The notes beneath the pieces were generated by a model. The model was not told where the DNA came from and ran no database searches. It was given only the letters and a program-made list of their open reading frames with translations. DNA of 63,494 nucleotides from Rhodothermales bacterium. Lineage in GTDB: Bacteria; Bacteroidota; Rhodothermia; Rhodothermales; JABDKH01. The DNA is taken from the NCBI GenBank assembly GCA_041609895.1, contig JBFIPX010000001.1, positions 1 to 63,494 on the forward strand. Direction: 5' to 3'. The first letter of the stretch is position 1. Every line of letters starts with the position of its first letter. Shown here in pieces: positions 36,949 through 46,749 of this stretch. The position numbers and the translations under genes were made by a program.

Positions 36949-37312
36949 TCAGCCGGCGTGATTTGTCCAGTGCTTGCGCCAAAGCCTCGGCAGAGATAGC
37001 CCGATGCGAGGCGTCATAGACGGCACGTCCGTTACTCACGACGATGGCTTGAGGCGATTCATGGCGTACCCCAAAAAGGCGCTCGATCGCGTTCGAGACG
37101 TGCCGGGCTTTTTGTACCACAAGCTTGTAAATCGGAGCCTCCACGTCTGACGCAAACCGAGACACCTCGCGTTGCGCGATGGTGCTCAGACCACAGATGT
37201 CACTGTGCTTATAGATGACTACCGGTTCATTGTGAGAACGCTCGAGAAGCACATCGAGGTGATTCTCGGTTGAAAGATCGTCGAAGTTCGTATTCCGGGT
37301 TCGCCCTGCCAC
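36941..37312 (-). CDS. ytxJ: YtxJ-like monothiol thioredoxin-fold protein (bacillithiol system)
   Basis: GTG start. VVIYKHSDICGLS corresponds to the YtxJ (F/Y)KHSTxCxIS motif. Its last 8 nt overlap the tlpA-like start (ATGTTTAG). Confidence 0.6.
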   Translation of the reverse strand: MAGRTRNTNFDDLSTENHLDVLLERSHNEPVVIYKHSDICGLSTIAQREVSRFASDVEAPIYKLVVQKARHVSNAIERLFGVRHESPQAIVVSNGRAVYDASHRAISAEALAQALDKSRRLNV

Positions 37313-37595
37313 GGTTCGTATCGTGAATTGTCGTTAGGTTTATTGGCTGCTGAGGAAGTTAGGATTCCGTCCCTTGAACGGTAGGCGCTTTGGTCGTTGA
37401 GTGGCCGCCGTCCTACCTGCCGTGATCCTTACGTATCGGCGATATCAACAAAGCCGGTAAGTCCGTCCGAAAGGCGGGTCAACTGCAACCCGAAGAGGGC
37501 ATCTGTGTTTCGCCGTCTGCGACGGCCCTCTGTTGCGGTAGCCGGCGAGTTTGTTACTGCTTTCCCGTTCGACCTTTGTCAATCATTGATTTACC

Positions 37596-39380
37596 ATGTC
37601 CGAATCCACGAAAACAGGAGCGGAGGAAGTCCGCTGGAATCTGCAGGATCTCTACGAGTCGGAGGAGGCACTCCACGCTGCGATGAGGCAGTCGCACGAG
37701 GTAGCAGAAGATTTTCATGCGTCTTTCCATGGTCGGGTCGCGGAACTGGACGCCGGCGAACTGTCCGAAGCGCTGTCTCGATACGAGACGATCGTTGACC
37801 CGATCGGTAGGGCTTACACGTATGCCTATCTGCATTGGGTCACGGACACAAACGACGCCGAGCGTGGCGCACTGTTGCAGCGCGTGAAGGAGGCCTACAC
37901 GGCCACGTCGCAGCTGCTCATCTTTTTTGACCTGGAGTGGTCGCGCGTCGACGACGACCGTGCGGAGCAGCTGCTGGGCTCGGAAGCGCTCGCTCGATTC
38001 CATCATCATCTCGAGTTGCTCATTCGCCGACGAGATCACCTCCTTTCGGAGCCGGAGGAGAAGATCATGTCTGAGCTTGACGTGTCCGGTCGCAGCTCGT
38101 GGAACCGGCTGTTCGACGAAACATTGTCGGCGCTTCGTTTCGAGCTCGACGGTGCGGAGATGACCGAACAGGAGATTCTGTCGAAGCTCCATGAGCCAGA
38201 CAGGGGCCTGCGTAGGCGCGCCGCGCTGTCTCTCACCGACGGTCTGAAGTCGCAAATCAGAACACTGACCTTCATCTCCAACACGCTTCTTTCCGACAAG
38301 AGCATCAAGGACCGGCTGCGCGGATATCCCAACTGGATCTCTAGTCGAAACCTTGACAACGAAGTCGCTGATGAGACCGTCGACGCTTTGGTGGAGGCGG
38401 TGACGTCTCGATACGATCTTGTTCATCGATACTACAAGTTGAAGAAGCAGCTTCTGGGTCTCGACGAGATGTTCGACTATGACCGGTACGCACCGGTTGG
38501 CGAGGCCACGACCCGCTATCTCTGGGACGACGCGCGCGACATCGTCCTGCAGGCTTACCACGGCTTTCATACCGAGATGGGATCGATTGCCGAACGTTTC
38601 TTCGATGGCTGGATCGATGCTGCCGTATCAGAGGGCAAGAGAGGGGGAGCGTTCAGTCACGGCGCCGTACCGAGCACCCATCCCTACATTATGATGAATT
38701 TCACGGGGCGGATTCGGGACGTTCAGACCCTCGCGCATGAACTGGGCCACGGTGTGCATCAGTACCTGTCGAGAGAGCAGGGTATTCTCCACGCCGATAC
38801 GCCGCTGACAACAGCTGAAACGGCATCCGTATTTGGAGAAATGCTCGTTTTCGAGAGGCTGATGCAAAAAGAAGACGACCCGTCAAACAGACTGGCAATG
38901 GTGGTTAGCAAGATCGACGACACGATGGCGACGGTCTTTCGACAGATCGCTATGAACCGATACGAAGAGGCCGTACACACAGAGCGCCGCACTTCGGGTG
39001 AGCTGTCGACCGTCCGATTCTCCGAAATCTGGATCGAGACCCAGCAGCGGATGTTTCGCGGCAGCGTAACCCTCGGTGATCACTATCGATACTGGTGGAG
39101 CTACATCCCTCACTTCTTGCATACGCCGGGATACGTGTATGCGTACGCATTCGGCGAATTGCTCGTACTTGCTCTGCATGAGAAGTACCAGCAGGAGGGG
39201 CCTGGATTCGCCGATCGATACCTTGATCTGCTCCGATCGGGGGGGTCAGACTGGCCCCACGTTCTGGTCGGTCGTCTGGAAGTCGATCTCACCGACCTCG
39301 AATTCTGGAATCGAGGACTCGCGTCGATCGAAAAGCTGATTGATGAGGCCGAAAGTATGGCGTCGGCTCTTGCTATTTAG
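37596..39380 (+). CDS. pepF: oligoendopeptidase F family (M3B) metallopeptidase
   Basis: HELGHGVH zinc motif in the expected position. Length 594 aa. Overall PepF-like sequence. Confidence 0.9.
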   Translation: MSESTKTGAEEVRWNLQDLYESEEALHAAMRQSHEVAEDFHASFHGRVAELDAGELSEALSRYETIVDPIGRAYTYAYLHWVTDTNDAERGALLQRVKEAYTATSQLLIFFDLEWSRVDDDRAEQLLGSEALARFHHHLELLIRRRDHLLSEPEEKIMSELDVSGRSSWNRLFDETLSALRFELDGAEMTEQEILSKLHEPDRGLRRRAALSLTDGLKSQIRTLTFISNTLLSDKSIKDRLRGYPNWISSRNLDNEVADETVDALVEAVTSRYDLVHRYYKLKKQLLGLDEMFDYDRYAPVGEATTRYLWDDARDIVLQAYHGFHTEMGSIAERFFDGWIDAAVSEGKRGGAFSHGAVPSTHPYIMMNFTGRIRDVQTLAHELGHGVHQYLSREQGILHADTPLTTAETASVFGEMLVFERLMQKEDDPSNRLAMVVSKIDDTMATVFRQIAMNRYEEAVHTERRTSGELSTVRFSEIWIETQQRMFRGSVTLGDHYRYWWSYIPHFLHTPGYVYAYAFGELLVLALHEKYQQEGPGFADRYLDLLRSGGSDWPHVLVGRLEVDLTDLEFWNRGLASIEKLIDEAESMASALAI

Positions 39381-39484
39381 CCAAATGGAAGCTAACTAAT
39401 TTGTAGACCGCGAGCCTGCGTCCACCAAATGTGCGGTCGGTGTTCATTGATCCGGAATCCCACACTGATCAGGAGGTGCGTCAT

Positions 39485-41620
39485 ATGGGTATGTCGCTAC
39501 TGTTTAATCGTTCGATTGCAACTCTTGTTTTCTTACTTCTTGCGGTGCCCACGGCGGCTGGGCAGTTTACTGTGGTGTCGTCCTCACCCGCGCACGGTGA
39601 CACTAACGTTCCGCTCAACGCGACGGTAACGTTGTCGTTCAGCGCGCCTATCGATACGACGGCGGCGTTCGAGGAGACTGATGGTTTCTACCTGGGTGTC
39701 GAAACGATTCCAGAAACCGAGGCGCCCAGCGCGATTACGTTGTCCCCGGACCTCCGGACGTTCAGCGCGGACCTCGTGTTCGAGCCAGATACCAAGTACA
39801 TCGTTTTTCTGACCGGAGCGCGAAGCGAATCCGGCGATCCTCTTGCAGAGCCGTTTGCAGCAACCTTCACGACCGGCAGCTCGCTGCCGACCGGATCGGT
39901 CTCTGGCGCGGTGACAGAAGCACTAACGAAACAGGCTGCAGGAGCAGCCGTGGCCGTTTTTCCGGACGATCCTGTCAACGGACTGTTTGGCAGCGACGAC
40001 GGAAATCCTGCGGGCATCACCGTTGTCGGCTCGGACGGCTCGTACACGATAGACTTCGTGGAGGACGGACCCTATCACGCGATATCGATTCGAGATGGAG
40101 ACCAGGACGGGCTGCTGGATTTTGGCCCGGAGGATCCGTTTGGTTTGTATGATGGTGATGGCGATGGATTGATCGACGCCTTCATGGTCGAAGCCGGCGG
40201 TGCGGTCACAGGAATCGACATTGTGATTACCAGCACCGAGCCCGTAACGGCGCGGGATAATCTTGGAACGGCTCAAACATTGGCGGAATCTTTCTACTCG
40301 GATGCCGCACTCGTAAGTGTTTCCGCCGAGCTGACTGCTACCGGGCGATCCTCATTCTGGATCTATCTTTTCTACAGTTCCTCTTCGGATGCCCACCTCG
40401 CCTTGGTGAATCTTGGCAGCCAGTTTGCGCCCTCGAGTTTCATCGATGATGGAGGAGGTGCCTTCGATATTGTCACGCCGTTGCCGGACGGGTGGTTGGA
40501 TTCCGACGATGTGGCAACCATCGCCAGCGAAAACGGTGGAGCCGACTTTCTCACGCAGTGGGAGGACGTCGAGATCTTCGGTTTGGCGGTCAGTTTCACC
40601 GGTTCCTTTGGAAAACGCGCCGACGCGTCCGGGCAGAAGTCCAGATCCGAGACAGGCTTTGGCTCGTGGCGTCCTGCCACGTTGTCTTTCGGCGGTCATC
40701 CCAAGACTGCTGGCGCGCTGCCGACACCCACGCCTGTCTGGTTCATCAACTATTTTGGATCCAACGTCGGAGGCCCGTTCGGTTTTCTCGACTTCATCAT
40801 CCATGCAGTGACCGGCGAGATAGACCCCCCGTTGGCGTTTTACACCAGTGGTCGCGCAAACCTCGATGCCGCCAACGCTCTTGCAACCTCCTGGAGTTCG
40901 GACGCGGCGCTGGTGCGTGTGGAAAGCGGATTCTCTGGAGTCCACCCGTCGGGACTCTCCAGTGAATGGAATTACACATACTACTCGGCAACTCTGACCA
41001 AGACAGAGCAGGCGGCTGCACGGGTTTTCGTGATGCAGGAGAACGAGGTGGTCAACGAGTTAGACGTCGATGTGGGATCACTCTTTTCGACGGAGGCTCT
41101 GCCGGAATCCTGGGTTGACACGCCATCAATAACAGCCACCGCCGACGCCAACAGCGAGGACGTCCGCGATATGAATCCCAACGCAGTCGTGCGAGCATTC
41201 CTCTCCAAGGGGCTCTTTTCCTGGGATCTCTCACGGCCTGTCTGGCAGTACGACTACTTTGGATCGTCTGAAAGCAAAACGGTCTACGTAAATGCCGTAA
41301 CCGGCGGCGTCATCGTCGGGACAGAAGAGTCAGAGCTTCCGAACGCCCTGTCGCTTGACCAGAATTATCCGAACCCGTTCAACCCGTCGACGACGATCGC
41401 TTACGACCTGCCACTTGCCGGCGGCGTGACGATACGCATCTTCGATGCGCTCGGTCGGCAGGTGAGATTGCTCGTGGACCGGAGCCACACGGCAGGGTCC
41501 TACACCGTCCTGTGGGATGGCCGGGACGATGCCGGCGCGTCAGTCAGCAGCGGCATCTACATCTACAAGATCGAGGCCGGGCAAGAATCGGCGACACGGT
41601 CCATGATTCTGTTGCGGTAG
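39485..41620 (+). CDS. secreted protein with N-terminal SbsA-type Ig-like domain and T9SS C-terminal sorting domain
   Basis: AGGAGG 8 nt upstream of ATG 39485. Signal MGMSLLFNRSIATLVFLLLAVPTAAG. VVSSSPAHGDTNVPLNATVTLSFSAPID. C-terminal NYPNPFNPSTTIAYDLP...GIYIYKIEAGQESATRSMILLR. Confidence 0.85.
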   Translation: MGMSLLFNRSIATLVFLLLAVPTAAGQFTVVSSSPAHGDTNVPLNATVTLSFSAPIDTTAAFEETDGFYLGVETIPETEAPSAITLSPDLRTFSADLVFEPDTKYIVFLTGARSESGDPLAEPFAATFTTGSSLPTGSVSGAVTEALTKQAAGAAVAVFPDDPVNGLFGSDDGNPAGITVVGSDGSYTIDFVEDGPYHAISIRDGDQDGLLDFGPEDPFGLYDGDGDGLIDAFMVEAGGAVTGIDIVITSTEPVTARDNLGTAQTLAESFYSDAALVSVSAELTATGRSSFWIYLFYSSSSDAHLALVNLGSQFAPSSFIDDGGGAFDIVTPLPDGWLDSDDVATIASENGGADFLTQWEDVEIFGLAVSFTGSFGKRADASGQKSRSETGFGSWRPATLSFGGHPKTAGALPTPTPVWFINYFGSNVGGPFGFLDFIIHAVTGEIDPPLAFYTSGRANLDAANALATSWSSDAALVRVESGFSGVHPSGLSSEWNYTYYSATLTKTEQAAARVFVMQENEVVNELDVDVGSLFSTEALPESWVDTPSITATADANSEDVRDMNPNAVVRAFLSKGLFSWDLSRPVWQYDYFGSSESKTVYVNAVTGGVIVGTEESELPNALSLDQNYPNPFNPSTTIAYDLPLAGGVTIRIFDALGRQVRLLVDRSHTAGSYTVLWDGRDDAGASVSSGIYIYKIEAGQESATRSMILLR

Positions 41621-41752
41621 CTGAGGCACATGTGTGCTGGGAGGGCGGGCGGCATTCCCGGCACACTCATGCGGGTTGCTGGAGTTCTATTCAGCCAACC
41701 GGCTCGCCGAATCAGGCGAGCGCCAGGCGACGGGACCGCCGATCGTCCGAGG

Positions 41753-42949
41753 TCAAAGTATGAGCGAAAGCTGCCCGAGAATCCAGGCGCAGCCTAAAGC
41801 CGCGTAGATGCCCAGAATGTAGCCGAAGACGCCCATCAGCAGGCCGATGGGGGCGAGGGAGGGCACGTACGCAGCCGCAACGACGGGAGCACTCGCTGCT
41901 GCTCCGATATTGGCCATGCTTCCCACGGCCACAAAAAACAACGGGGACTTGATGATCCACGCGGCCAGCGCCAGCATGCCCACGTGTATCAGGATCCAGA
42001 CCACTCCGACAATCAGAAATATCGGGGCGTCCAGAACTGCTGCTACATCAGCCCGTGCACCGATCGAGGTCAGTAGCAAGTACAGGCCGACGTAACCGAC
42101 ACGCGACGCTCCGTACGTCTCCAGCGAACGGATCGGACTGAACGACAGAATAAGTCCGACTGTAACCGCAACCAGTACCGCCCAGGTTGTCTTGGATATC
42201 ACCGATGGTTCGCCGATCGAGGGAAGTTGCTGCCCAATCGCTACGGCGACCACCGTCGCGGCCATCGCGAGGCCAAGGATCATTCCAAGGTGTGTCATGT
42301 CGGCCGGCTTGCGCTCTTGGGCGATCTCTTCCATGTGCGCCTCGGCCCGCTCCATTACGGACGTGTCCGCTCCAATCCACCCATCGAAGCGACGCTGGAA
42401 GGCGCTGAAGAAGATCAGGATGCCCATCCACCCATACCCTACGACGGTGTCGACGACGATAATGGGACCGAGTGCCGCGTCGGGCGCGCCAACACTCTGC
42501 TGTATCGCAACCATATTCGCCGTACCCCCAATCCAGCTGCCGGAAAGGGCGGCAAGACCCTTCCAGGCGTCGGGTGGAAGCCAGCCGTGGAAGATCGAAT
42601 ACGCAATAGGGCCTCCGATCACGATGCCGACCGTCCCGGCGAGCATCATGATCAGCGCGACCCTGCCAAGGCGTAAGACGGCACCCAAATCGATCGTGAT
42701 CATCAACAGAAACAGTGACAATGGCAGCAGATACCGCGACATCCACGAATAGGTGACACTCTCAGCCGGTGTGATCCCCGCCGTAGTCGCGATCATGGGA
42801 ACGAAGTAGGCCCAGATCACCGGGGGCAGGAATTCGAAGAACTTGCTGAACCGAGGCAGGGTGCTGAGCCAGAACACAAAGCCGAGTATGCCGGCAAGGA
42901 ATGCAAAGAGGGCCGTCGGCTCAGTGATGAGCGGGTCTTGAAAAATCAT
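41753..42949 (-). CDS. DUF819 family polytopic membrane protein
   Basis: About 11 TM helices. The N-terminus MIFQDPLITEPTALFAFLAGILGFVFWLS is as I recall for DUF819. Confidence 0.7.
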   Translation of the reverse strand: MIFQDPLITEPTALFAFLAGILGFVFWLSTLPRFSKFFEFLPPVIWAYFVPMIATTAGITPAESVTYSWMSRYLLPLSLFLLMITIDLGAVLRLGRVALIMMLAGTVGIVIGGPIAYSIFHGWLPPDAWKGLAALSGSWIGGTANMVAIQQSVGAPDAALGPIIVVDTVVGYGWMGILIFFSAFQRRFDGWIGADTSVMERAEAHMEEIAQERKPADMTHLGMILGLAMAATVVAVAIGQQLPSIGEPSVISKTTWAVLVAVTVGLILSFSPIRSLETYGASRVGYVGLYLLLTSIGARADVAAVLDAPIFLIVGVVWILIHVGMLALAAWIIKSPLFFVAVGSMANIGAAASAPVVAAAYVPSLAPIGLLMGVFGYILGIYAALGCAWILGQLSLIL

Positions 42950-42965
42950 CTTGATGATGTGAGGA

Positions 42966-44087
42966 CTAGAGTATGGTGAGGCTGCGCTCGATCGTGCTGA
43001 GCGATTCGGACCCGGAGTCGGTCACGAGCATGTCGTCCTCTACACGGACCCCTACGTTCCCCGCGAGATAGATCCCGGGCTCGATCGTAAATGTCATGCC
43101 GGGTTCCAGCAGTTCTTCGTTGTCGCCGCGGATGTACGGCTCTTCGTGGACCTCGATGCCCAGCCCGTGGCCGGTGCGATGGGTGAAGTATTTGCCATAT
43201 CCGCTTTTTGTTATCACGTCCCGCGCGGCGCGGTCGACGTCGCCCGCCGATACGCCAGGACGGGCCACCGCCCGTGCGGCAGCGTTCGCCTCTGCGGTAA
43301 TCTCCGCGATTCGCAGCGACTCTTCGGAAGGCTCTCCAAATGAGTAGACGCGCGTCAAATCGGAATAGTATCCGTCGTTGTTGGCGCCCCAGTCGATCAA
43401 GAGCACCTCCCCATGTGCAAGGCGGCGGGACGACGGCACTGCGTGTGGGTCCGCGCTGTTTGGTCCAGCTGCGACAATCGGCTCGAACGGGAGGTCGGAC
43501 GAGCTTCCGTTCCGGATGAGCTGCAAAACTAGCTCCGATGCAATCTCCTTTTCGTTCATCCCGGGTTTGATGGCCTGCAATGTTGCCTCGACCGCCGATT
43601 CGGCCATGTGCACGGCCTCACGCATCAAGGCCACCTCCTCAGCGTCCTTTATCCTGCGAAGCGACGCGATGCACTCCTGTGCGCTCTCGAGCGTAGCCCC
43701 TGCCGCAGCAGCCCTGACGTACTGCAGTTCCAAAAATCGCAGCGATCCAGGCTCGACGCCGATGTTTCCGGCTCCTACGCCCGCGCTCTTGAATGCAGCG
43801 TCAAAAGCCTTCTGCCACGACGTCGGGTCTTCACCGTAGTCAAACGTCGCGAGATCGAACGGCGCCCGGGAAGCCTTGCCCATCTCGAGCGAGGGCAGGA
43901 CGAGGTGGGGCTGAGCGTCCGGTGTGAATACAGCCACTACCGGTCTTTCGGAGACGTGAAAGTGTAGGCCCGTCAGGTAGGTGAGGGTGGGCCCCGCGTT
44001 CACCACGAGGGCTCCGAATCCAAATGGCCCAAGGGACTCCGCCAGTCGGTCCTGGCGGGAGGCGATGGCGTCACTGCGGCTGCTCAT
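42966..44087 (-). CDS. M24 family Xaa-Pro aminopeptidase/dipeptidase
   Basis: Creatinase-like N-terminal domain. Metal ligands in LIDWGA, DLTR, HRTGHGLGIEVHE and TIEPGIY. Confidence 0.9.
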   Translation of the reverse strand: MSSRSDAIASRQDRLAESLGPFGFGALVVNAGPTLTYLTGLHFHVSERPVVAVFTPDAQPHLVLPSLEMGKASRAPFDLATFDYGEDPTSWQKAFDAAFKSAGVGAGNIGVEPGSLRFLELQYVRAAAAGATLESAQECIASLRRIKDAEEVALMREAVHMAESAVEATLQAIKPGMNEKEIASELVLQLIRNGSSSDLPFEPIVAAGPNSADPHAVPSSRRLAHGEVLLIDWGANNDGYYSDLTRVYSFGEPSEESLRIAEITAEANAAARAVARPGVSAGDVDRAARDVITKSGYGKYFTHRTGHGLGIEVHEEPYIRGDNEELLEPGMTFTIEPGIYLAGNVGVRVEDDMLVTDSGSESLSTIERSLTIL

Positions 44088-44251
44088 GTCGTTGTGCTAA
44101 TCCAATCCAGGTATTACGATCGACCATTCGCTGGCTGAGGCGGGTGGCACACAGCCATCGCATTCTCTAACCACGACTCATCGGTCGACGCCAAAACTAA
44201 CGATAGAGAAGCTAACAACAGATACTCGACGCCAATTTGGCGTGCGGGCGC

Positions 44252-44875
44252 CTATGATTCTCGAAGCCTTTCGGCCAGTCCTTTCACTGCAGACTCCGGA
44301 TCGTCGGCGAGCGAGACGGCAGTCATGACCGCCACGCCGTGCGCGCCGGCACTCATGACTTCGGAGACGCGGTCAGTCTTGATTCCTGCGATGGCGATCA
44401 CAGGAATGTCGATGTGTGCGCAGACTTGGGACAGGACGTCAATGCCCTTGACGGCGGCCGGGTTCGCCTTGGACGATGTTGGGTACACGGGCCCAAAGCC
44501 GACGTACGAAGCGCCTTCCTCCTGCGCCTTCCGTGCCTGCTCGAGTGTTGTTGCGGTGGCGCCGATCATGATTTCGTCACCTAATAGACGTCGTGCGACT
44601 GCGACAGGGAAGTCCTCTTGTCCAAGGTGTATCCCGTCTGCTTCGACCGCAAGCGCGATGTCAATCCTGTCGTTGAGAACCAATGGGACGCCCGCTTCCT
44701 TACAGACATCCGCCGTCTTCTGGGCTTCATCGAGAAGGTGACGAGTCGACCCGTGCTTCTGACGAAATTGAATGGTGTCTGCACCGCCGCGAATCGCCAT
44801 CGAAGCCAGCTCCGCATGACCGTACTTCTGCTGAAACCAGAAATCTGTAATGATGTGGAGGCGGCCGATTTGCAT
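44252..44875 (-). CDS. thiE: thiamine-phosphate synthase
   Basis: ATG 44875 gives MQIGRLHIITD...GGADTIQFRQK...VPLVLNDRIDIALAVEADGIHLGQED...GFGPVYPT...IPVIAIAGI. This is the typical ThiE pattern. Confidence 0.85.
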   Translation of the reverse strand: MQIGRLHIITDFWFQQKYGHAELASMAIRGGADTIQFRQKHGSTRHLLDEAQKTADVCKEAGVPLVLNDRIDIALAVEADGIHLGQEDFPVAVARRLLGDEIMIGATATTLEQARKAQEEGASYVGFGPVYPTSSKANPAAVKGIDVLSQVCAHIDIPVIAIAGIKTDRVSEVMSAGAHGVAVMTAVSLADDPESAVKGLAERLRES

Positions 44876-44999
44876 TTCGGTACTTGGTGGCTGGACGCTA
44901 TCCGGGCGGAAGATAGCCCGACGAATATGAACGGATGAGGTTTCATCCGATTCTACCGGCCGCAGGATGCCGGAGACCCGAGCGCGGTCGAGCACATAC

Positions 45000-46709
45000 T
45001 CAGCGGGTCGTTCCCGCCGTTAATCGGGCTGTTCTTCCGATGTCAATCTTGCTCTCAGCCAGCGGGAGCATGACGCCGTCAACGTGTAGCGCCCCGTCAA
45101 CTCGCAACCTGCCGCCACCTCGGACGAGCAATGTGCCGCCGCTCTCGATTTGAACGCTCCCATTGCGGCTGATCTCAAGCGTCGCGCCCTCCTCGATCGT
45201 CAGTCGCCCGGTGACCTCGATGTCTGTGTCGACTATCAGGCGGCCGCCAGCAAGCCGGCCGCGACCCGACAACTCTGTCCCGGCGGACTCGGGACCCATC
45301 CACGAGTTCTGTCGGACGACAAGACCCTCGCGGAAATCTTGCACGTAATCGAAGACCATGACTTGTGAATCAGCAGGGTGGTCGCGAATGTTGTCGATCG
45401 CGTGCCAGTACGGATCCGATCCGGCCGGGTAGCGCGTGAAGCCGTTAATGCTTGGGCGTGTCCACGGGGTAAGCTGTGATCCCGGTTGGAAAAGGTCTCC
45501 GTCGTAGTCGCGGTTCCTCGTACTCAGCTCGAGATTATTGTCTGCGGGCACAACCTCATAACGATTCCCATGGGCGAGTCCGACCAGCAAACCGGTCGTC
45601 CGCAGCAGTCCGATTTCGAATTGGTTCTGCACTCCCGACTTGCGATACCGGTCGAATGGACCAATGCGCTGTCGGTTCGTCACATAGAGGAGCGACGGTC
45701 TTTTGCGGTTTGCGGTCTCAATCCGAAAGCAGTCTGCCGACGTGTACAGGTCGCGCACGATAACATTCGGTTCGGAGGTGGAAAGCTGGCGGCAATCAAT
45801 CCATCCCAACAGATCGCGTTCGAAGGCAGAAATGGTCTCGTCGCCGCGGGCGTCGTAACCGCCACCTGCACCTGCCATAAGGACATAGCCCAGGGTGTTT
45901 GTGGCCCGCCTGAAGCTGCTTTGCTCTGGCACGTCGTTGTTGGTGATTGCCGGAATGTGCACGAAATGCTGTCGCCACAGGTCGTGACCATACTCGTGCG
46001 CCATCATGCGAACCAGCCAGTAGTGAGGTGCCACGTTTCCGGGTGTCCTATTGAATATCACCGATCCAGACAGATTCCAGTCTATGAGCGTGTCATCGAC
46101 GGTCATCGGGGGACGGCGTTTACCTGCCGGCGCACCGTTTCCGCAACGCGCGTCAAGGCAAGACGCTCCAGTCCAGGGTATTCGCCCGGCGTCCTTTTCG
46201 GAGTCGCGGCGGATGATCATGAAGAGATGGTCGAGCACCCCGTCCCGGTCATAGTCGTAATCCGAAAAGTCTACCCCCGCAGCGTCGAGTTGACGGACGA
46301 CGTCATATGTTAGATCAGCGTAACCTCCGTCGGGACGATGATATGCCGATTCCGGGCGAGAAGACACGATCGCGCGGTCGTGTACATCGCCGAAGACGAC
46401 TAGCTTACCGTTCGACTGCTCGTAGAAGTATGCAGTCAGTGTGGAGTCGACGTGTGGAGGGTGCGGCGACTTGCTTAGAAGGTACGAAGCGCTGGCAGGG
46501 AGCTGAGTAGGGTTACGGTAGAGCGGCCAGCCTCGGAAGCTGACTTGGGCATTTCCCGGTGTGGTATCGTCGAGAAACTTGACAAAGGCGATCAGTACCT
46601 TGACGGTGTCTGGCGCAGCGGACTGGCGTTCGCGCCGTAACGTGTCATCCTGGGAGACTCGAATCGGCAGCGACAAAAGCAGACTGATTATTAAAACTCC
46701 TTTAACCAT
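45000..46709 (-). CDS. secreted M6 (immune inhibitor A)-like zinc metalloprotease
   Basis: Signal-like N-terminus. VKVLIAFVKFLDD beginning and the MAHEYGHDLW (HExxH) motif resemble InhA-type peptidases. Confidence 0.7.
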   Translation of the reverse strand: MVKGVLIISLLLSLPIRVSQDDTLRRERQSAAPDTVKVLIAFVKFLDDTTPGNAQVSFRGWPLYRNPTQLPASASYLLSKSPHPPHVDSTLTAYFYEQSNGKLVVFGDVHDRAIVSSRPESAYHRPDGGYADLTYDVVRQLDAAGVDFSDYDYDRDGVLDHLFMIIRRDSEKDAGRIPWTGASCLDARCGNGAPAGKRRPPMTVDDTLIDWNLSGSVIFNRTPGNVAPHYWLVRMMAHEYGHDLWRQHFVHIPAITNNDVPEQSSFRRATNTLGYVLMAGAGGGYDARGDETISAFERDLLGWIDCRQLSTSEPNVIVRDLYTSADCFRIETANRKRPSLLYVTNRQRIGPFDRYRKSGVQNQFEIGLLRTTGLLVGLAHGNRYEVVPADNNLELSTRNRDYDGDLFQPGSQLTPWTRPSINGFTRYPAGSDPYWHAIDNIRDHPADSQVMVFDYVQDFREGLVVRQNSWMGPESAGTELSGRGRLAGGRLIVDTDIEVTGRLTIEEGATLEISRNGSVQIESGGTLLVRGGGRLRVDGALHVDGVMLPLAESKIDIGRTARLTAGTTR

Positions 46710-46749
46710 ATATACAACAATCGGTTATAAGCTTTAATGTAATTAATGC

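Noticed and set aside
37554-38570. 338-aa ORF on the minus strand.
   Set aside because: It is antisense to the PepF (M3B) gene, has no recognisable motifs and has shadow-ORF composition. The same reasoning applies to 45486..46313 (antisense to the M6-like gene), 53547..54242 (antisense to alaS), 48132..48761, 14256..14936 and 50593..51138, and to the alternative-frame ORF 42048..42746.
44876-44999. Expected a TPP riboswitch upstream of thiE.
   Set aside because: The 124-nt spacer lacks the conserved CUGAGA and ACCUGAUCUGGAUAAUGCCAGCG elements; there is only a loose aaacctcatccg resemblance. thiE is probably co-transcribed or otherwise regulated.
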